Origin: Clostridia bacterium
Lineage (GTDB): Bacteria; Bacillota; Clostridia; Saccharofermentanales; UBA5734
DNA length: 64,000 bases
Reading direction: 5' to 3'
NCBI GenBank assembly: GCA_009928985.1
Contig: SABL01000001.1
Span: 3,023-67,022, forward strand
Positions 26,743-36,488 of this stretch are shown piece by piece. A program made the position numbers and the translations under genes. How positions within the stretch are numbered: the first letter of the stretch is position 1; every line of letters starts with the position of its first letter. The notes beneath the pieces were generated by a model, which saw only the letters and a program-made list of their open reading frames with translations, was not told the DNA's origin and did not search any database.

Positions 26743-28728
26743 ATGACCAAAAGCAAAGCCTATGACAACACCAGTATTTCTGCCTTGAAGGGGGCCGACC
26801 GGGTCCGCCTCCGCCCCGGTGTCATTTTTGGATCTGATGACCTGGAAGGCTGTAAACATTCTTTTTTCGAAATATTGTCCAACTCCATCGACGAGGCCAG
26901 GGAAGGGCACGGCAACCTGATTGAGGTCAAGCGTTACCGGGATGGATCGCTCGAAGTCAAAGACCAGGGCCGGGGCATTCCGCTCGATTTCAATGAAAAA
27001 GAAAACCGCTACAACTGGGAACTGGTTTATTGCGAGCTCTATGCTGGCGGCAAATACAACAACATCAGTGGCGACCATTATGAATTCAGCCTGGGGCTCA
27101 ATGGCCTTGGTGCCTGTGCCACCCAGTATGCTTCCGAATACTTTGATGTTTCGGTCGTGCGCGACGGTTTCCGCCACGACTTGCACTTTGAAAAGGGCAA
27201 CAATGTCGGCGGTTTGACGAAGACACCTGTGCGACAGAAACAGACAGGCACCATTCAGAAATGGAAAGCCGACCGTGATGTTTTCACCGACATCATGATC
27301 CCGCTCGATTATTTCCAGCAAACCTTGAAACGCCAGGCCATCGTCAATGCCGGGGTCACATTCCGCCTGTATGACGAGCCTTCCGGTACGACAGAAGAAT
27401 TTTATTATCCCGAAGGAATCCTGGGTTTTATCCGGGAGCTGGACCAGGAGAAAGGCATCTCCAGCCCGCTGTTTTTTGAAGGCAGTGGCAAAGGACGCGA
27501 TCGCGCGGACAAGCCGGAATACAAAGTCAAGGCCGCAGTGGCCCTGTGTTTCAACAATGAGGTCAACCTGATCGAGTATTACCACAACTCGAGCTGGCTG
27601 GAATATGGCGGTTCTCCGGACAAGGCCGTGCGCAATGCCTTGGTCAATGAATTCGACCGCCAGTCCAAACTTCAGGATAAATACAAAAATAATGAAGCCA
27701 AGATCACCTTTGCCGATATTGAAGATTCCCTGATCCTGGTCACCAACTCGTTCTCGACCCAGACCAGTTATGAAAACCAGACCAAAAAAGCGATCAACAA
27801 CAAATACATCCAGGAGTTTTTGACCGACCTGTTGCGCAGCCGGCTCGAAATCTGGTTTATCGAGAACAAGGCCGAGGCTGACAGGGTCCTGGAGCAGGTC
27901 CTGGTCAACAAGCGCAGCCGGGAGAGTGCCGAAAAGCAGCGCCTGAACATCAAGAAGAAACTGATGGGTTCGGTCGACCTGATCAACCGGGTCAAGAAAT
28001 TTGTCGACTGCCGTACACGGGACATCAGCCGCCGGGAGTTGTACATTGTCGAGGGCGACTCCGCCCTTGGATCGTGCAAAATGGGCCGCGACGCCGAGTT
28101 CCAGGCCATCATCCCGGTGCGTGGCAAAATCCTCAACTGCCTCAAGGCAGACTATGAGGCGATTTTCAAGAATGAAATCATCGTCGACCTGATCAAGGTC
28201 CTCGGCTGCGGGGTCGAGATCCAATCCAGGCATAACAAGGATTTGTCTTCATTCGACCTCGACGGCCTGCGCTGGAACAAGGTCATCATCTGCACCGATG
28301 CTGATGTCGATGGCTTCCAGATCCGGACCTTGATCCTGGCCATGCTCTACCGCCTGACACCAACCTTGCTCGACAAGGAGAAAATCTACATCGCCGAATC
28401 ACCGCTTTTTGAAATCACCCAGCGGGTGAAAAGAGAAGAGAAGACCTTTTTTGCCTATACCGAGCGTGAAAAGAGCGAACTTTTAGCCAAGCTGGGTGCA
28501 GACCGCTGCACCATCCAGCGCTCGAAAGGCCTGGGCGAGAATGAACCGGAAATGATGTGGCTGACCACGATGAATCCGGAAACCCGCCGCCTGATCCAGG
28601 TCATGCCGGACAAGGCCGAAGACATGCTCGAGACCTTCGATCTGCTTCTGGGCGACAACCTGGCCGGCCGCAAATCCTTCATCGAGCAAAATGGCCACAA
28701 GTATCTGGACAACCTCGATGTCGGGTAA
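26743..28728 (+). CDS. parE: type IIA topoisomerase ATPase subunit, topo IV ParE-like (divergent)
   Basis: GHKL ATPase (ILSNSIDEA, YAGGKY, GLNGLGACA), Toprim (LYIVEGDSALGS, ICTDADVDGFQIRT) and tail ERSKGLGENEP. Confidence 0.8.
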   Translation: MTKSKAYDNTSISALKGADRVRLRPGVIFGSDDLEGCKHSFFEILSNSIDEAREGHGNLIEVKRYRDGSLEVKDQGRGIPLDFNEKENRYNWELVYCELYAGGKYNNISGDHYEFSLGLNGLGACATQYASEYFDVSVVRDGFRHDLHFEKGNNVGGLTKTPVRQKQTGTIQKWKADRDVFTDIMIPLDYFQQTLKRQAIVNAGVTFRLYDEPSGTTEEFYYPEGILGFIRELDQEKGISSPLFFEGSGKGRDRADKPEYKVKAAVALCFNNEVNLIEYYHNSSWLEYGGSPDKAVRNALVNEFDRQSKLQDKYKNNEAKITFADIEDSLILVTNSFSTQTSYENQTKKAINNKYIQEFLTDLLRSRLEIWFIENKAEADRVLEQVLVNKRSRESAEKQRLNIKKKLMGSVDLINRVKKFVDCRTRDISRRELYIVEGDSALGSCKMGRDAEFQAIIPVRGKILNCLKADYEAIFKNEIIVDLIKVLGCGVEIQSRHNKDLSSFDLDGLRWNKVIICTDADVDGFQIRTLILAMLYRLTPTLLDKEKIYIAESPLFEITQRVKREEKTFFAYTEREKSELLAKLGADRCTIQRSKGLGENEPEMMWLTTMNPETRRLIQVMPDKAEDMLETFDLLLGDNLAGRKSFIEQNGHKYLDNLDVG

Positions 28729-28755
28729 GTTTTCGCACTAACAAGGAGTTTCTCC

Positions 28756-30945
28756 ATGACCAAGCCAGCCCCCATCCACCAGGAGCCGATCACGACGACC
28801 CTGGAAAACAATTACATGCCCTATGCCATGAGCGTCATTGTCTCGCGGGCCATTCCGGAGATCGACGGTTTCAAGCCCTCGCACCGCAAACTGCTGTTCA
28901 CCATGTACAAGATGGGCCTTTTGACGGGCAACCGGACGAAATCGGCCAACGTTGTCGGTCAGACCATGAAGCTCAATCCTCACGGCGACCAGGCCATCTA
29001 TGAGACCATGGTCCGCCTGACCCGGGGCAACGAAGCTCTGCTGCACCCCTATGTCGATTCCAAGGGCAATTTTGGCCGCATCTATTCGCGTGACATGCAT
29101 TACGCTGCCGCCCGCTATACGGAAGTGCGTCTCGATTCGATCTGCCAGGAGATCTTCTCTGGCCTGGACAAGGACAGTGTTGATCTGGTCGATAACTATG
29201 ACGGGACCATGAAAGAACCTGTCCTGTTGCCGGCTACATTCCCGACCATCCTGGTCAACAGCAACCAGGGCATCGCTGTCGGCATGGCGAGCAATATCTG
29301 CTCCTTCAACCTGGCCGAGGTCTGTGCGGCTACGATCGCCTATATCCGTGATCCGGGATGTGACATCGAAGAACATCTGCAGGCACCTGATTTCACAACA
29401 GGGGCGGAACTGATCTACCATCCACAGGAGATCCGCCAGATCTACCAGACCGGCCGGGGCAGCTTCAAGTTGCGGGCCACCTACCAGATCGACAAGAAAA
29501 ATGGCTACATCGAGATCCTGCAGATCCCTTACACCACGACGGTCGAGGCGATCATCGACGATATTTCCAACCTGGTCAAGACCGGTAAAATCAAGGAGAT
29601 CAATGATGTCCGGGATGAGACCGACCTCGAGGGACTCAAACTCACGATCGATTATAAACGATCCGCCGATCCGCAGGCCCTGATGCAGAAACTGTTCCGC
29701 CTGACCTCGCTGGAAAGTTCATTTGCCTGCAATTTCAACATTCTGGTCAATGGCACCCCCCGGGTGATGGGCATCCGGTCGATCCTCGGCGAATGGCATG
29801 CCTGGCGCAGGTCTTGCCTGAGGCGGGAGATCGCTTTCGAACTGGGCAAGAAGCAGGACCGCCTCCACTTGCTCCAAGGCCTGGAACTGATCCTGCTGGA
29901 TATCGACAAGGCCATCAAGATCATCCGGGAAACGGAACAGGAAAGCGCCGTCATCAAGAACCTGATGGACGGATTTGCCATTGATGCCATCCAGGCTGAG
30001 TATGTCGCAGAAATCCGTCTGCGCCAGCTCAATCGCCAGTATCTAGTACAGCGGATAGCCGATATCAAGGCTCTGATTGATGAAATCGCTGCTCTGGAGA
30101 ACCTTCTGGGCGACCAGGAGAGCATGGACCGGAAAATCATTGAGCAACTCAAAACGGTGGCGAAAAAACATGGCCGTGAACGGCGGACGACCTTGGTTCA
30201 CACGGATGATGTCGAACGCATTGCCGATCACGATTTGATTGAAGACTTCCGGCTGAGGGTTTTCCTGACGGACCATGGTTATATCAAGAAAATCCCGCTG
30301 ACTTCTCTGCGCAGTGCAGGTGATCTCAAGACAAAGGAAGACGACCAGATTGTCCAGGAGATTGAAGGCAAAAACAAGATGGACCTTCTCCTGTTCACCA
30401 ACCAGGGCAATGTCTACAAGATGAAAGTCTTTGAAATCAAGGATCACAAACCATCCGACTTCGGCGAATTCACACCTAACCTGCTCAGCCTGGACGAGGG
30501 TGAACGGGTCGTGTTCATTCATCTGACCGAAGATTACACCGGACAGTTCTTGATTGGCTTTGCCAATGGCAAACTGGTGCGTCTGACGTGCCAGTCTTAT
30601 GAAACCAAGACCAATCGCAAAAAGCTGGTCAACGCCTTCAGTACGGTTTCTCCTCTGACCGCCATCTGCTTCCTGACGGATCCGGAAGATTTTGTGGCTG
30701 TAAGCAGCATCCGCAAAGTGCTGGTTTTCAACAGTGAGCTGGTACCGCTCAAGTCAACCCGGACGACCCAGGGTGTACAAGTGCTGCTGGCAAAAAAAGG
30801 CAGCACCATGACCAGTCTGAAACGTCTATCGGAAACAGCCATCATCGAGCCCCAGTATTACCGGTCCAAGACCTTGCCCGCAGTCGGAACGTATCTCAAG
30901 GAAAGCACTCTGGAGAACCGGCAAGTTGGCTTGGCTGGCATTTGA
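28756..30945 (+). CDS. parC: type IIA topoisomerase DNA-cleavage subunit, topo IV ParC-like
   Basis: Motifs YAMSVIVSRAIPEIDGFKPSHRK, NPHGD and active-site Tyr context AAARYTE. It is 729 aa, and I found no GyrA-box (QRRGGKG-like) in the C-terminal domain, which argues against gyrase. Confidence 0.8.
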   Translation: MTKPAPIHQEPITTTLENNYMPYAMSVIVSRAIPEIDGFKPSHRKLLFTMYKMGLLTGNRTKSANVVGQTMKLNPHGDQAIYETMVRLTRGNEALLHPYVDSKGNFGRIYSRDMHYAAARYTEVRLDSICQEIFSGLDKDSVDLVDNYDGTMKEPVLLPATFPTILVNSNQGIAVGMASNICSFNLAEVCAATIAYIRDPGCDIEEHLQAPDFTTGAELIYHPQEIRQIYQTGRGSFKLRATYQIDKKNGYIEILQIPYTTTVEAIIDDISNLVKTGKIKEINDVRDETDLEGLKLTIDYKRSADPQALMQKLFRLTSLESSFACNFNILVNGTPRVMGIRSILGEWHAWRRSCLRREIAFELGKKQDRLHLLQGLELILLDIDKAIKIIRETEQESAVIKNLMDGFAIDAIQAEYVAEIRLRQLNRQYLVQRIADIKALIDEIAALENLLGDQESMDRKIIEQLKTVAKKHGRERRTTLVHTDDVERIADHDLIEDFRLRVFLTDHGYIKKIPLTSLRSAGDLKTKEDDQIVQEIEGKNKMDLLLFTNQGNVYKMKVFEIKDHKPSDFGEFTPNLLSLDEGERVVFIHLTEDYTGQFLIGFANGKLVRLTCQSYETKTNRKKLVNAFSTVSPLTAICFLTDPEDFVAVSSIRKVLVFNSELVPLKSTRTTQGVQVLLAKKGSTMTSLKRLSETAIIEPQYYRSKTLPAVGTYLKESTLENRQVGLAGI

Positions 30946-30947
30946 CC

Positions 30948-32825
30948 ATGGCAAACCATCTTTATGTCCGCTCAACCAGAGAAACCAGATCCCGTCTCCA
31001 TTCGGTTCTGTTGCTCAGTCTTGCCGCTGCACTGGTGCTGGCCAGCATCGTCCTGTTCCTGATCGCACGCAATCAGCAGAGTGCAGAAATCGCCCAGGCG
31101 GATTTTGAAACAGCCCTGGAGGCCGAAGATTACGACAAGGCGCTGGAGATTTACCGCGAAGTCCAGGCCAATGCCGTACAGCCCCTGCAGTCTGGCCAGG
31201 TCGAGAACCCCTACCAGAAAACCCTGGCGGAACTGGAATCATTACTCTCTGGTCGACTCGAGGCAATCGAAAACCAGCTGTTTCAAGGCCAGTCCCTTGC
31301 GGATGCAGACCAGGCCTTCATTCTCGGATTAGGCGAATTATCCAGCCTGCGCCTGTCCCGTTTTGTCAGGGATTTGAGTCGCTCCTACCTGATGGGTGAG
31401 ACAGAATACAAGATTTTGTCTTTGGCCATCGAACAGCTGGCAGACCTGCCGAATCTCAAAGACAGCATTCAGCCCCTGAGCAATGAATATGCATCCTGGC
31501 CAGATTTGAAACCTGCTTTTATCGCGGCAGATCAGATGTTGCTGCAACAACAGTGGTACGAAGCTTTTGCGGCCTGGTCTGAATTGGCACAGACTGCCGG
31601 GTCGGGAACTTTTGTCCAGGACTTTGCCCGCCAGAAGCTGGAGTCCTGCAAGACCGCCATGTACCAGCCGTTGCTGGATGCTGCCCTCGATCTTATGGAC
31701 CAGAATCGTGCGGTCACAGCCTATGGCCAATTGCAGCAATTGCAGGCTGTCTTCCCGGGTGACCGAGCGGTCGAGGCTGCCGTGGAGGAGTGCAGTCAGC
31801 AAATACCCCGGAAACTGGTGACCTTCCGGGGCGCCATTGAGCATCTGGTGATCAAACCATTGATTGTTGATCCGGCAACGGCTTTTGATGGGGATCCATA
31901 TGCCGCGGCTGCTTTTGACACCATGTTGACGACGCTGGAATTTGCCCGCGTTCTGGATGCACTGTATGCCAATGGCTACATCCTGGTCGACCAGACACGA
32001 CTGATGACCGGGGCAGGGGAGCGGTTTGCACTCGACCTGCCGGAAGGCAAGAAGCCGCTGGTTCTGGTTCTGGAAGGACTGAACTATTTTGCAACCCGCA
32101 GGGAGACAGGCAATTGCTGGGATCTGCAGCTGGATGAAGCCGGGTACGTGTGTGGCGTGTGGCCAGGTCCGGACGGCGACTTGATCATCAGGCGCGAAGC
32201 CGAAGCCATCGGTATCCTGGACGCGTTTGTGGAGGCACATCCGGATTTTTCCTTCGATGGAGCCAAAGGCTTGATCACGCTGTCCGGCTACGAAGGGGTT
32301 TTTGGCCTGGTGACCGATCCGGATCAGCTTGATGACAAAAACCGGGCCCTGGCAGCATTGGGCTATCCGGAACTGGTTCTGGGTCCAGCGGACTATGAGG
32401 CCAATCACACCAAGGTCATGGAAATCACCCGTACATTGCAAAGGACAGGCTGGCAGATCGGAACATCGACCTATGGCATGATCAACCTCCAAAATGCCAG
32501 TCTGGAGCAGGTCGAGTCGGACTGGGCCAAGTGGCAGGCCCAGATCGAACCTCTGACGGGACCGGTCAAAGCCTTGTCTTTTCCCAATGGGGCCGTGCTT
32601 CTGGCCGATGATCCCCGGCGCCAGTTTCTTCAAAGCCAGGGAATCCGGGTGTTCAGCGGACTGGGTGCCACGCCCTACATCGTCCGGAATGATAACACCG
32701 TCTACACAGACAAAGTCCAGGTGAGCGGCTTTAGCCTGGCCCATCCTGGACTGTATCGCCTGGAACGATTTTTCGAAGCCAGCCTGGTCATCGACCAGGA
32801 GGCTCGTTCCCTTTTTAACGGTTGA
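30948..32825 (+). CDS. membrane-anchored protein of unknown function with a large extracytoplasmic domain
   Basis: One N-terminal TM helix (LLLSLAAALVLASIVLFLI), a helical repeat-like region, then a ~330 aa globular domain (HLVIKPLIVDP...YANGYILVD...). The ATG lies 3 nt after the parC stop. Confidence 0.5.
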   Translation: MANHLYVRSTRETRSRLHSVLLLSLAAALVLASIVLFLIARNQQSAEIAQADFETALEAEDYDKALEIYREVQANAVQPLQSGQVENPYQKTLAELESLLSGRLEAIENQLFQGQSLADADQAFILGLGELSSLRLSRFVRDLSRSYLMGETEYKILSLAIEQLADLPNLKDSIQPLSNEYASWPDLKPAFIAADQMLLQQQWYEAFAAWSELAQTAGSGTFVQDFARQKLESCKTAMYQPLLDAALDLMDQNRAVTAYGQLQQLQAVFPGDRAVEAAVEECSQQIPRKLVTFRGAIEHLVIKPLIVDPATAFDGDPYAAAAFDTMLTTLEFARVLDALYANGYILVDQTRLMTGAGERFALDLPEGKKPLVLVLEGLNYFATRRETGNCWDLQLDEAGYVCGVWPGPDGDLIIRREAEAIGILDAFVEAHPDFSFDGAKGLITLSGYEGVFGLVTDPDQLDDKNRALAALGYPELVLGPADYEANHTKVMEITRTLQRTGWQIGTSTYGMINLQNASLEQVESDWAKWQAQIEPLTGPVKALSFPNGAVLLADDPRRQFLQSQGIRVFSGLGATPYIVRNDNTVYTDKVQVSGFSLAHPGLYRLERFFEASLVIDQEARSLFNG

Positions 32826-34167
32826 AGAATTCCTTGTACAATTCCTTGACCGCATAATTGCAGTATTCTTCGCGGACACCGAACATGACGCTGATTTCAG
32901 ATGCCCCCTGGTTGATGACCTCCAGGTTGACACCGGCCTTGGACAGGGCGTTGGCAGCGCGTGCGGTGACGCCGACGGTATGGGCCATGGCCTCGCCGAC
33001 GATCATGACAATCGCCAGATTGCGGTCCACCGAAATTTTCTCGATACCGATTTCATCGACCAGGCGGCGGACGACATGTTTTTCCTTTTCCGGGGTGAAT
33101 ACTTCCTGGCGCATGACGATTGACAGGGAGTCGATGCCGGAGGGCATGTGTTCAAAGGGGATGTATTCATCAGCCAGGATCTGGAGGATACGCAAGGCAA
33201 AGCCTATTTCCCGGTTCATGAGGTATTTGGACATGTTGAGGGTGCAAAAACCCTTGGCTCCGGCAATCCCTGTGACGATGCTGTCAAAATTGACCCGGCT
33301 CTTCACGATCATGGTGCCGCGGGCGGAGGGGTTGTTGGTGTTTCGGATATTGACCGGGATGGCTTTGCGATAGGCTGGCGTCAGAGCTTCCTCATGCAGG
33401 ACCGTAAAACCGGCATAGGCCAGTTCCCGCATTTCATCGTAGGTGATTTCAGAAATGGCGTGCGGGTTGTTGACCAGATTGGGATTGACGGCATAGACGG
33501 AATCAACGTCGGTCCAGTTTTCATAGACCTTCGCTTCGACAGCTGCTGCCAGAATGGATCCGGTGATGTCCGACCCGCCACGCGAGAATGTGGCAACTTC
33601 GCCGGTGCGCGTGTAACCGAAAAATCCCGGGAAAACAACGATGCCAGGATAATCCCTGAGCTGGGCCAGACGGGGATAGGACTCATCAAGGACCTGGGCA
33701 TTGCCGAATTCGTCACTGAGGATCATGCCCGCTGACTTCGGGTCGAAATACTGGGCCTTTTTGCCTATGCTCTGGAGGTAGTCTGCGACCAGGCGGGCGC
33801 AGTTGTCCTCGCCAGCGGCTTTGAGAGAATCCATGAATTTGAGGGAATTGGCTGGGTCAGCCTCGATGCGGACACGAAGGTCTTGTTCAATGGTGGCCAC
33901 AATCTCTGAACCAAGCTCGAGCTCCTCGGCAATGTCGGCAAAACGGCGGACAACAGAGGCCAGTTCGCTCTCGCCATCATAACCACTAATCCGGGCATTT
34001 GCCAGGGCGATCAGAAGGTCTGTCACTTTGATGTCTTCACGGGTACGCTTGCCCGGTGCGGAAACAATCATGATCCGACGTTCAGGGTCACTGAGGACGA
34101 TGTCACAGACCTTGCGGATCTGTTCAGCATTTGCGAGGGAAGTACCACCAAACTTGCAGACTTTCAT
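32815..34167 (-). CDS. lysC: aspartate kinase
   Basis: N-terminus KVCKFGGTSLANAEQIRK, the SAPGKRT loop, and C-terminal ACT-like repeats, 450 aa. Confidence 0.9.
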   Translation of the reverse strand: MKVCKFGGTSLANAEQIRKVCDIVLSDPERRIMIVSAPGKRTREDIKVTDLLIALANARISGYDGESELASVVRRFADIAEELELGSEIVATIEQDLRVRIEADPANSLKFMDSLKAAGEDNCARLVADYLQSIGKKAQYFDPKSAGMILSDEFGNAQVLDESYPRLAQLRDYPGIVVFPGFFGYTRTGEVATFSRGGSDITGSILAAAVEAKVYENWTDVDSVYAVNPNLVNNPHAISEITYDEMRELAYAGFTVLHEEALTPAYRKAIPVNIRNTNNPSARGTMIVKSRVNFDSIVTGIAGAKGFCTLNMSKYLMNREIGFALRILQILADEYIPFEHMPSGIDSLSIVMRQEVFTPEKEKHVVRRLVDEIGIEKISVDRNLAIVMIVGEAMAHTVGVTARAANALSKAGVNLEVINQGASEISVMFGVREEYCNYAVKELYKEFFNR

Positions 34168-34196
34168 GTGTTATGGCTCCTTGTTTAATCAAACCA

Positions 34197-34225
34197 ATTA
34201 TAGGGAAGGGGGACCATGATTTCAA
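34197..34225 (-). promoter_or_regulatory. sigma-A promoter for lysC with a short leader
   Basis: On the minus strand: TTGAAA, 17 nt spacer, TATAAT, ~30 nt upstream of the ATG. This leaves no room for an L-box. Confidence 0.55.
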
Positions 34226-34310
34226 GCAAAGACTTGAACTGATGCAAGACTTGGCCGATACTGGAAGGGACAGCACGTCCTGTCATTGGAGGAACAGCGC
34301 GCGTTTCGCC

Positions 34311-34880
34311 ATGAAACAAGAATCCGTTCTGGCGAACGGACCAGGGGGGCCTTTGATACATTTTCTGTCTGAAAAACTGAAACCGGGCCGGATCTTCCGG
34401 TCGATCGAGCAGATTGACTTTCGTTCACTCAAGGCTCAGGGAATCCGTCTGGTCCTGCTCGACATTGACAACACCCTGGTTCACCATGGGTCCCATCTTC
34501 CGGATGCCTATGCAAGAAGAGTCGTCGAATCCATTCAAAATGCAGGCTTGGTGCCGTTCATTGTCTCAAATGCCAAGCAATCCCGGGCGCGTTCATTTGC
34601 AGCCGGCCTTGGTATCGACTGCATCGGAATGGCCAACAAACCCTCTGCCAGCGGCTTGCTCCGGGCATGCCGCCAGGCTGGGATTGAGCCGTCTGCTGCG
34701 GTCATGATCGGTGACCAGCTGTTTACGGATATCCTGGCTGCCAAGAAAGCGGGTGTCCTGGCCATCCTCGTCCTGCCGCTTGATTCCCGCGAGGTTTGGA
34801 ATGTGGCCTTCAAAAGGTGGTTTGAAGCACCTTTTCTGCGCCAGTATGCCAAGGATCCCACACTGTGGCCTCAGCCATGA
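34311..34880 (+). CDS. yqeG: YqeG-family HAD-IIIA phosphatase
   Basis: HAD motifs LLDIDNTLV, IVSNA and IGDQLFTDILAAKKAG. The start is uncertain: ATG at 34311 or 34242. The longer ORF-track start (34131) would overlap lysC and its promoter. Confidence 0.7.
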   Translation: MKQESVLANGPGGPLIHFLSEKLKPGRIFRSIEQIDFRSLKAQGIRLVLLDIDNTLVHHGSHLPDAYARRVVESIQNAGLVPFIVSNAKQSRARSFAAGLGIDCIGMANKPSASGLLRACRQAGIEPSAAVMIGDQLFTDILAAKKAGVLAILVLPLDSREVWNVAFKRWFEAPFLRQYAKDPTLWPQP

Positions 34881-34891
34881 GAACAAAACTC

Positions 34892-34921
34892 TTGCCAAGG
34901 TCGTACCCTATCAACTAGAAT
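34892..34921 (+). promoter_or_regulatory. promoter for efp
   Basis: TTGCCA, 18 nt spacer, TAGAAT. Confidence 0.5.
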
Positions 34922-34983
34922 AATGTAGAATTTTTTAGCATGAGGCTGGATTATAACGTAAAGAGACCGGTCGGGAGGTTTTT

Positions 34984-35547
34984 ATGATTAGTGCAGGTGA
35001 TTTTCGCAACGGTGTGACATTTGAAATGGATAGCCAGGTTTACCAGGTCATCGAATTCCAGCATGTCAAACCAGGCAAGGGTGCGGCCTTTGTCCGGACC
35101 AAATACCGCAACGTCAAGACAGGCGGCGTGGTTGAACGCAGTTTCAACCCTTCCGACAAATTCGAGCAAGCCCAGCTGGAACGCCGGGACATGAACTATC
35201 TTTATAATGATGGTGATTTGTATTATTTCATGGATGTCGACACCTATGACCAGGTGCCTTTCTCGGGCGCAGCTATCGGTGATGTCCTGAAATTCCTCAA
35301 GGAAAACATGGTCTGCAAAGTTGTATCCTATAAAGGTGACGTCTTTGCCATCGAGCCGCCGATTTTTGTCGAGCTGGAAATCACCGACTGCGACCCTGGC
35401 GTCAAGGGCGACACGGCCCAGAACGCCACCAAGAGCGCTACTGTTGAAACGGGTGCCACCATCAAGGTGCCCTTGTTCGTCAACCAGGGTGATATCGTTC
35501 GCATCGATACCCGCACGGGCGAATACATGGAACGCGTCAAAGCCTGA
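34984..35547 (+). CDS. efp: elongation factor P
   Basis: N-terminus [10 protein letters not shown] and the loop [14 protein letters not shown] carrying the modified Lys, 187 aa. GGGAGG precedes the ATG. Confidence 0.95.
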   Translation: MISAGDFRNGVTFEMDSQVYQVIEFQHVKPGKGAAFVRTKYRNVKTGGVVERSFNPSDKFEQAQLERRDMNYLYNDGDLYYFMDVDTYDQVPFSGAAIGDVLKFLKENMVCKVVSYKGDVFAIEPPIFVELEITDCDPGVKGDTAQNATKSATVETGATIKVPLFVNQGDIVRIDTRTGEYMERVKA

Positions 35548-35553
35548 CGATCG

Positions 35554-35934
35554 ATGCCAGAGTCAGGCAGGGCCCATGCGATCCGCGGTGAACGCACGAT
35601 GTCGAAAGGCTTCGTGGCCCAGTATGCTGCCCAGGCTGCCCTCCAGACCGCCGGTGTGGCGGACTTGGAGCCGGGCAGCCTGGTCACATTGAAAGAATCG
35701 ATCGGCATCGAGCATGAAGGTCGAGGCGTGTTGGTTGTTTTCCAGCCAGACCATGATGAACTGGTCACCATCACCGTCTATCCCGTGATCTATTTTGGAT
35801 CGATTCTGCCGGAAGTCGCCTGGTCGATCCAGGAACGGGTCAAGGCTGACGTTGAGAAATACACGGGCTTGATCGTCGACGCTGTCCATGTCCATGTCAA
35901 GGGTGTGATCACGAGGGAGGAAAGCCGCAAATGA
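35554..35934 (+). CDS. asp23: Asp23/Gls24 family envelope stress protein
   Basis: Asp23-like pattern AAQAALQTAGVADL and VQERVKADVEKYTGLIVDAVHVHVKGV. The start could instead be the ATG at 35599. Confidence 0.75.
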   Translation: MPESGRAHAIRGERTMSKGFVAQYAAQAALQTAGVADLEPGSLVTLKESIGIEHEGRGVLVVFQPDHDELVTITVYPVIYFGSILPEVAWSIQERVKADVEKYTGLIVDAVHVHVKGVITREESRK

Positions 35935-36482
35935 ATCCACTGGTCCGCACAGCCCTGATCCTTTTTTCCTTTATCCTGACTGTGTTCACCTTCATCTTCC
36001 TGATGATGCTCTTGAGTTCGGATGTCCTGAGTGCCATGATCCTGGTCCTGACCCGCCTGACTGAGCAGACTTCTTCGCGCCTGGCTGGCCTTTTGCTGGC
36101 GATCCTGGTCATCGTTGTCTCCCTGACCTCGCTGGTGTATGCCATCATGAGTGGACGACTGCGCCGGACACGTGTCCGGTCCAATGAGATTGGGGAAATC
36201 GACATTGGCGTCGATGCGATCGAGAGCATTGCCCTTAATTCAGCCAAGACAGCCCAATGCGGGATCAAGACAGCCAAAGCACGCGTGGCCCCGTTCAAAG
36301 GGGATAAAATCATTATCCATTTGACAGCTGTCCTGTATTCGGATGTGGAAGTGCCAGTCATGATGGCCAAGGTCCAGGAGCGTATCAAAAAAGACATCGA
36401 ACGCTACACGGGTATTTCAGTTGGCCATGTCCTGGTCAAAGTGTCCCGGGTTGAGCCTGTTGCTGCCCGGGTCGAGCGCTGA
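35931..36482 (+). CDS. amaP: AmaP-like membrane anchor protein of the Asp23 module
   Basis: Two N-terminal TM segments and an Asp23-like C-terminus (VQERIKKDIERYTGISVGHVLVKV). ATGA overlap with asp23. Confidence 0.6.
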   Translation: MNPLVRTALILFSFILTVFTFIFLMMLLSSDVLSAMILVLTRLTEQTSSRLAGLLLAILVIVVSLTSLVYAIMSGRLRRTRVRSNEIGEIDIGVDAIESIALNSAKTAQCGIKTAKARVAPFKGDKIIIHLTAVLYSDVEVPVMMAKVQERIKKDIERYTGISVGHVLVKVSRVEPVAARVER

Positions 36483-36488
36483 CCTGGC

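Noticed and set aside
26578-28233. 551 aa ORF on the minus strand covering most of parE
   Set aside because: It is exactly antisense to a gene with unambiguous GHKL/Toprim motifs. Its composition (D/L/V/G/F-rich, no recognisable motifs) is typical of shadow ORFs produced by G/C-biased third codon positions. It also runs through the tRNA-Arg gene and its terminator.
31338-32933. 531 aa minus-strand ORF opposite the unknown membrane protein gene
   Set aside because: The plus-strand ORF has a proper start right after parC, a TM anchor and protein-like composition. The minus-strand ORF is Q/R/G/C-rich and would overlap the 3' end of lysC in another frame. I treat it as a shadow ORF, although the plus-strand gene itself has no assigned family.
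34168-34310. Expected lysine riboswitch (L-box) upstream of lysC
   Set aside because: A good -35/-10 pair lies only ~30 nt from the ATG, and the remaining space is too short for an L-box.
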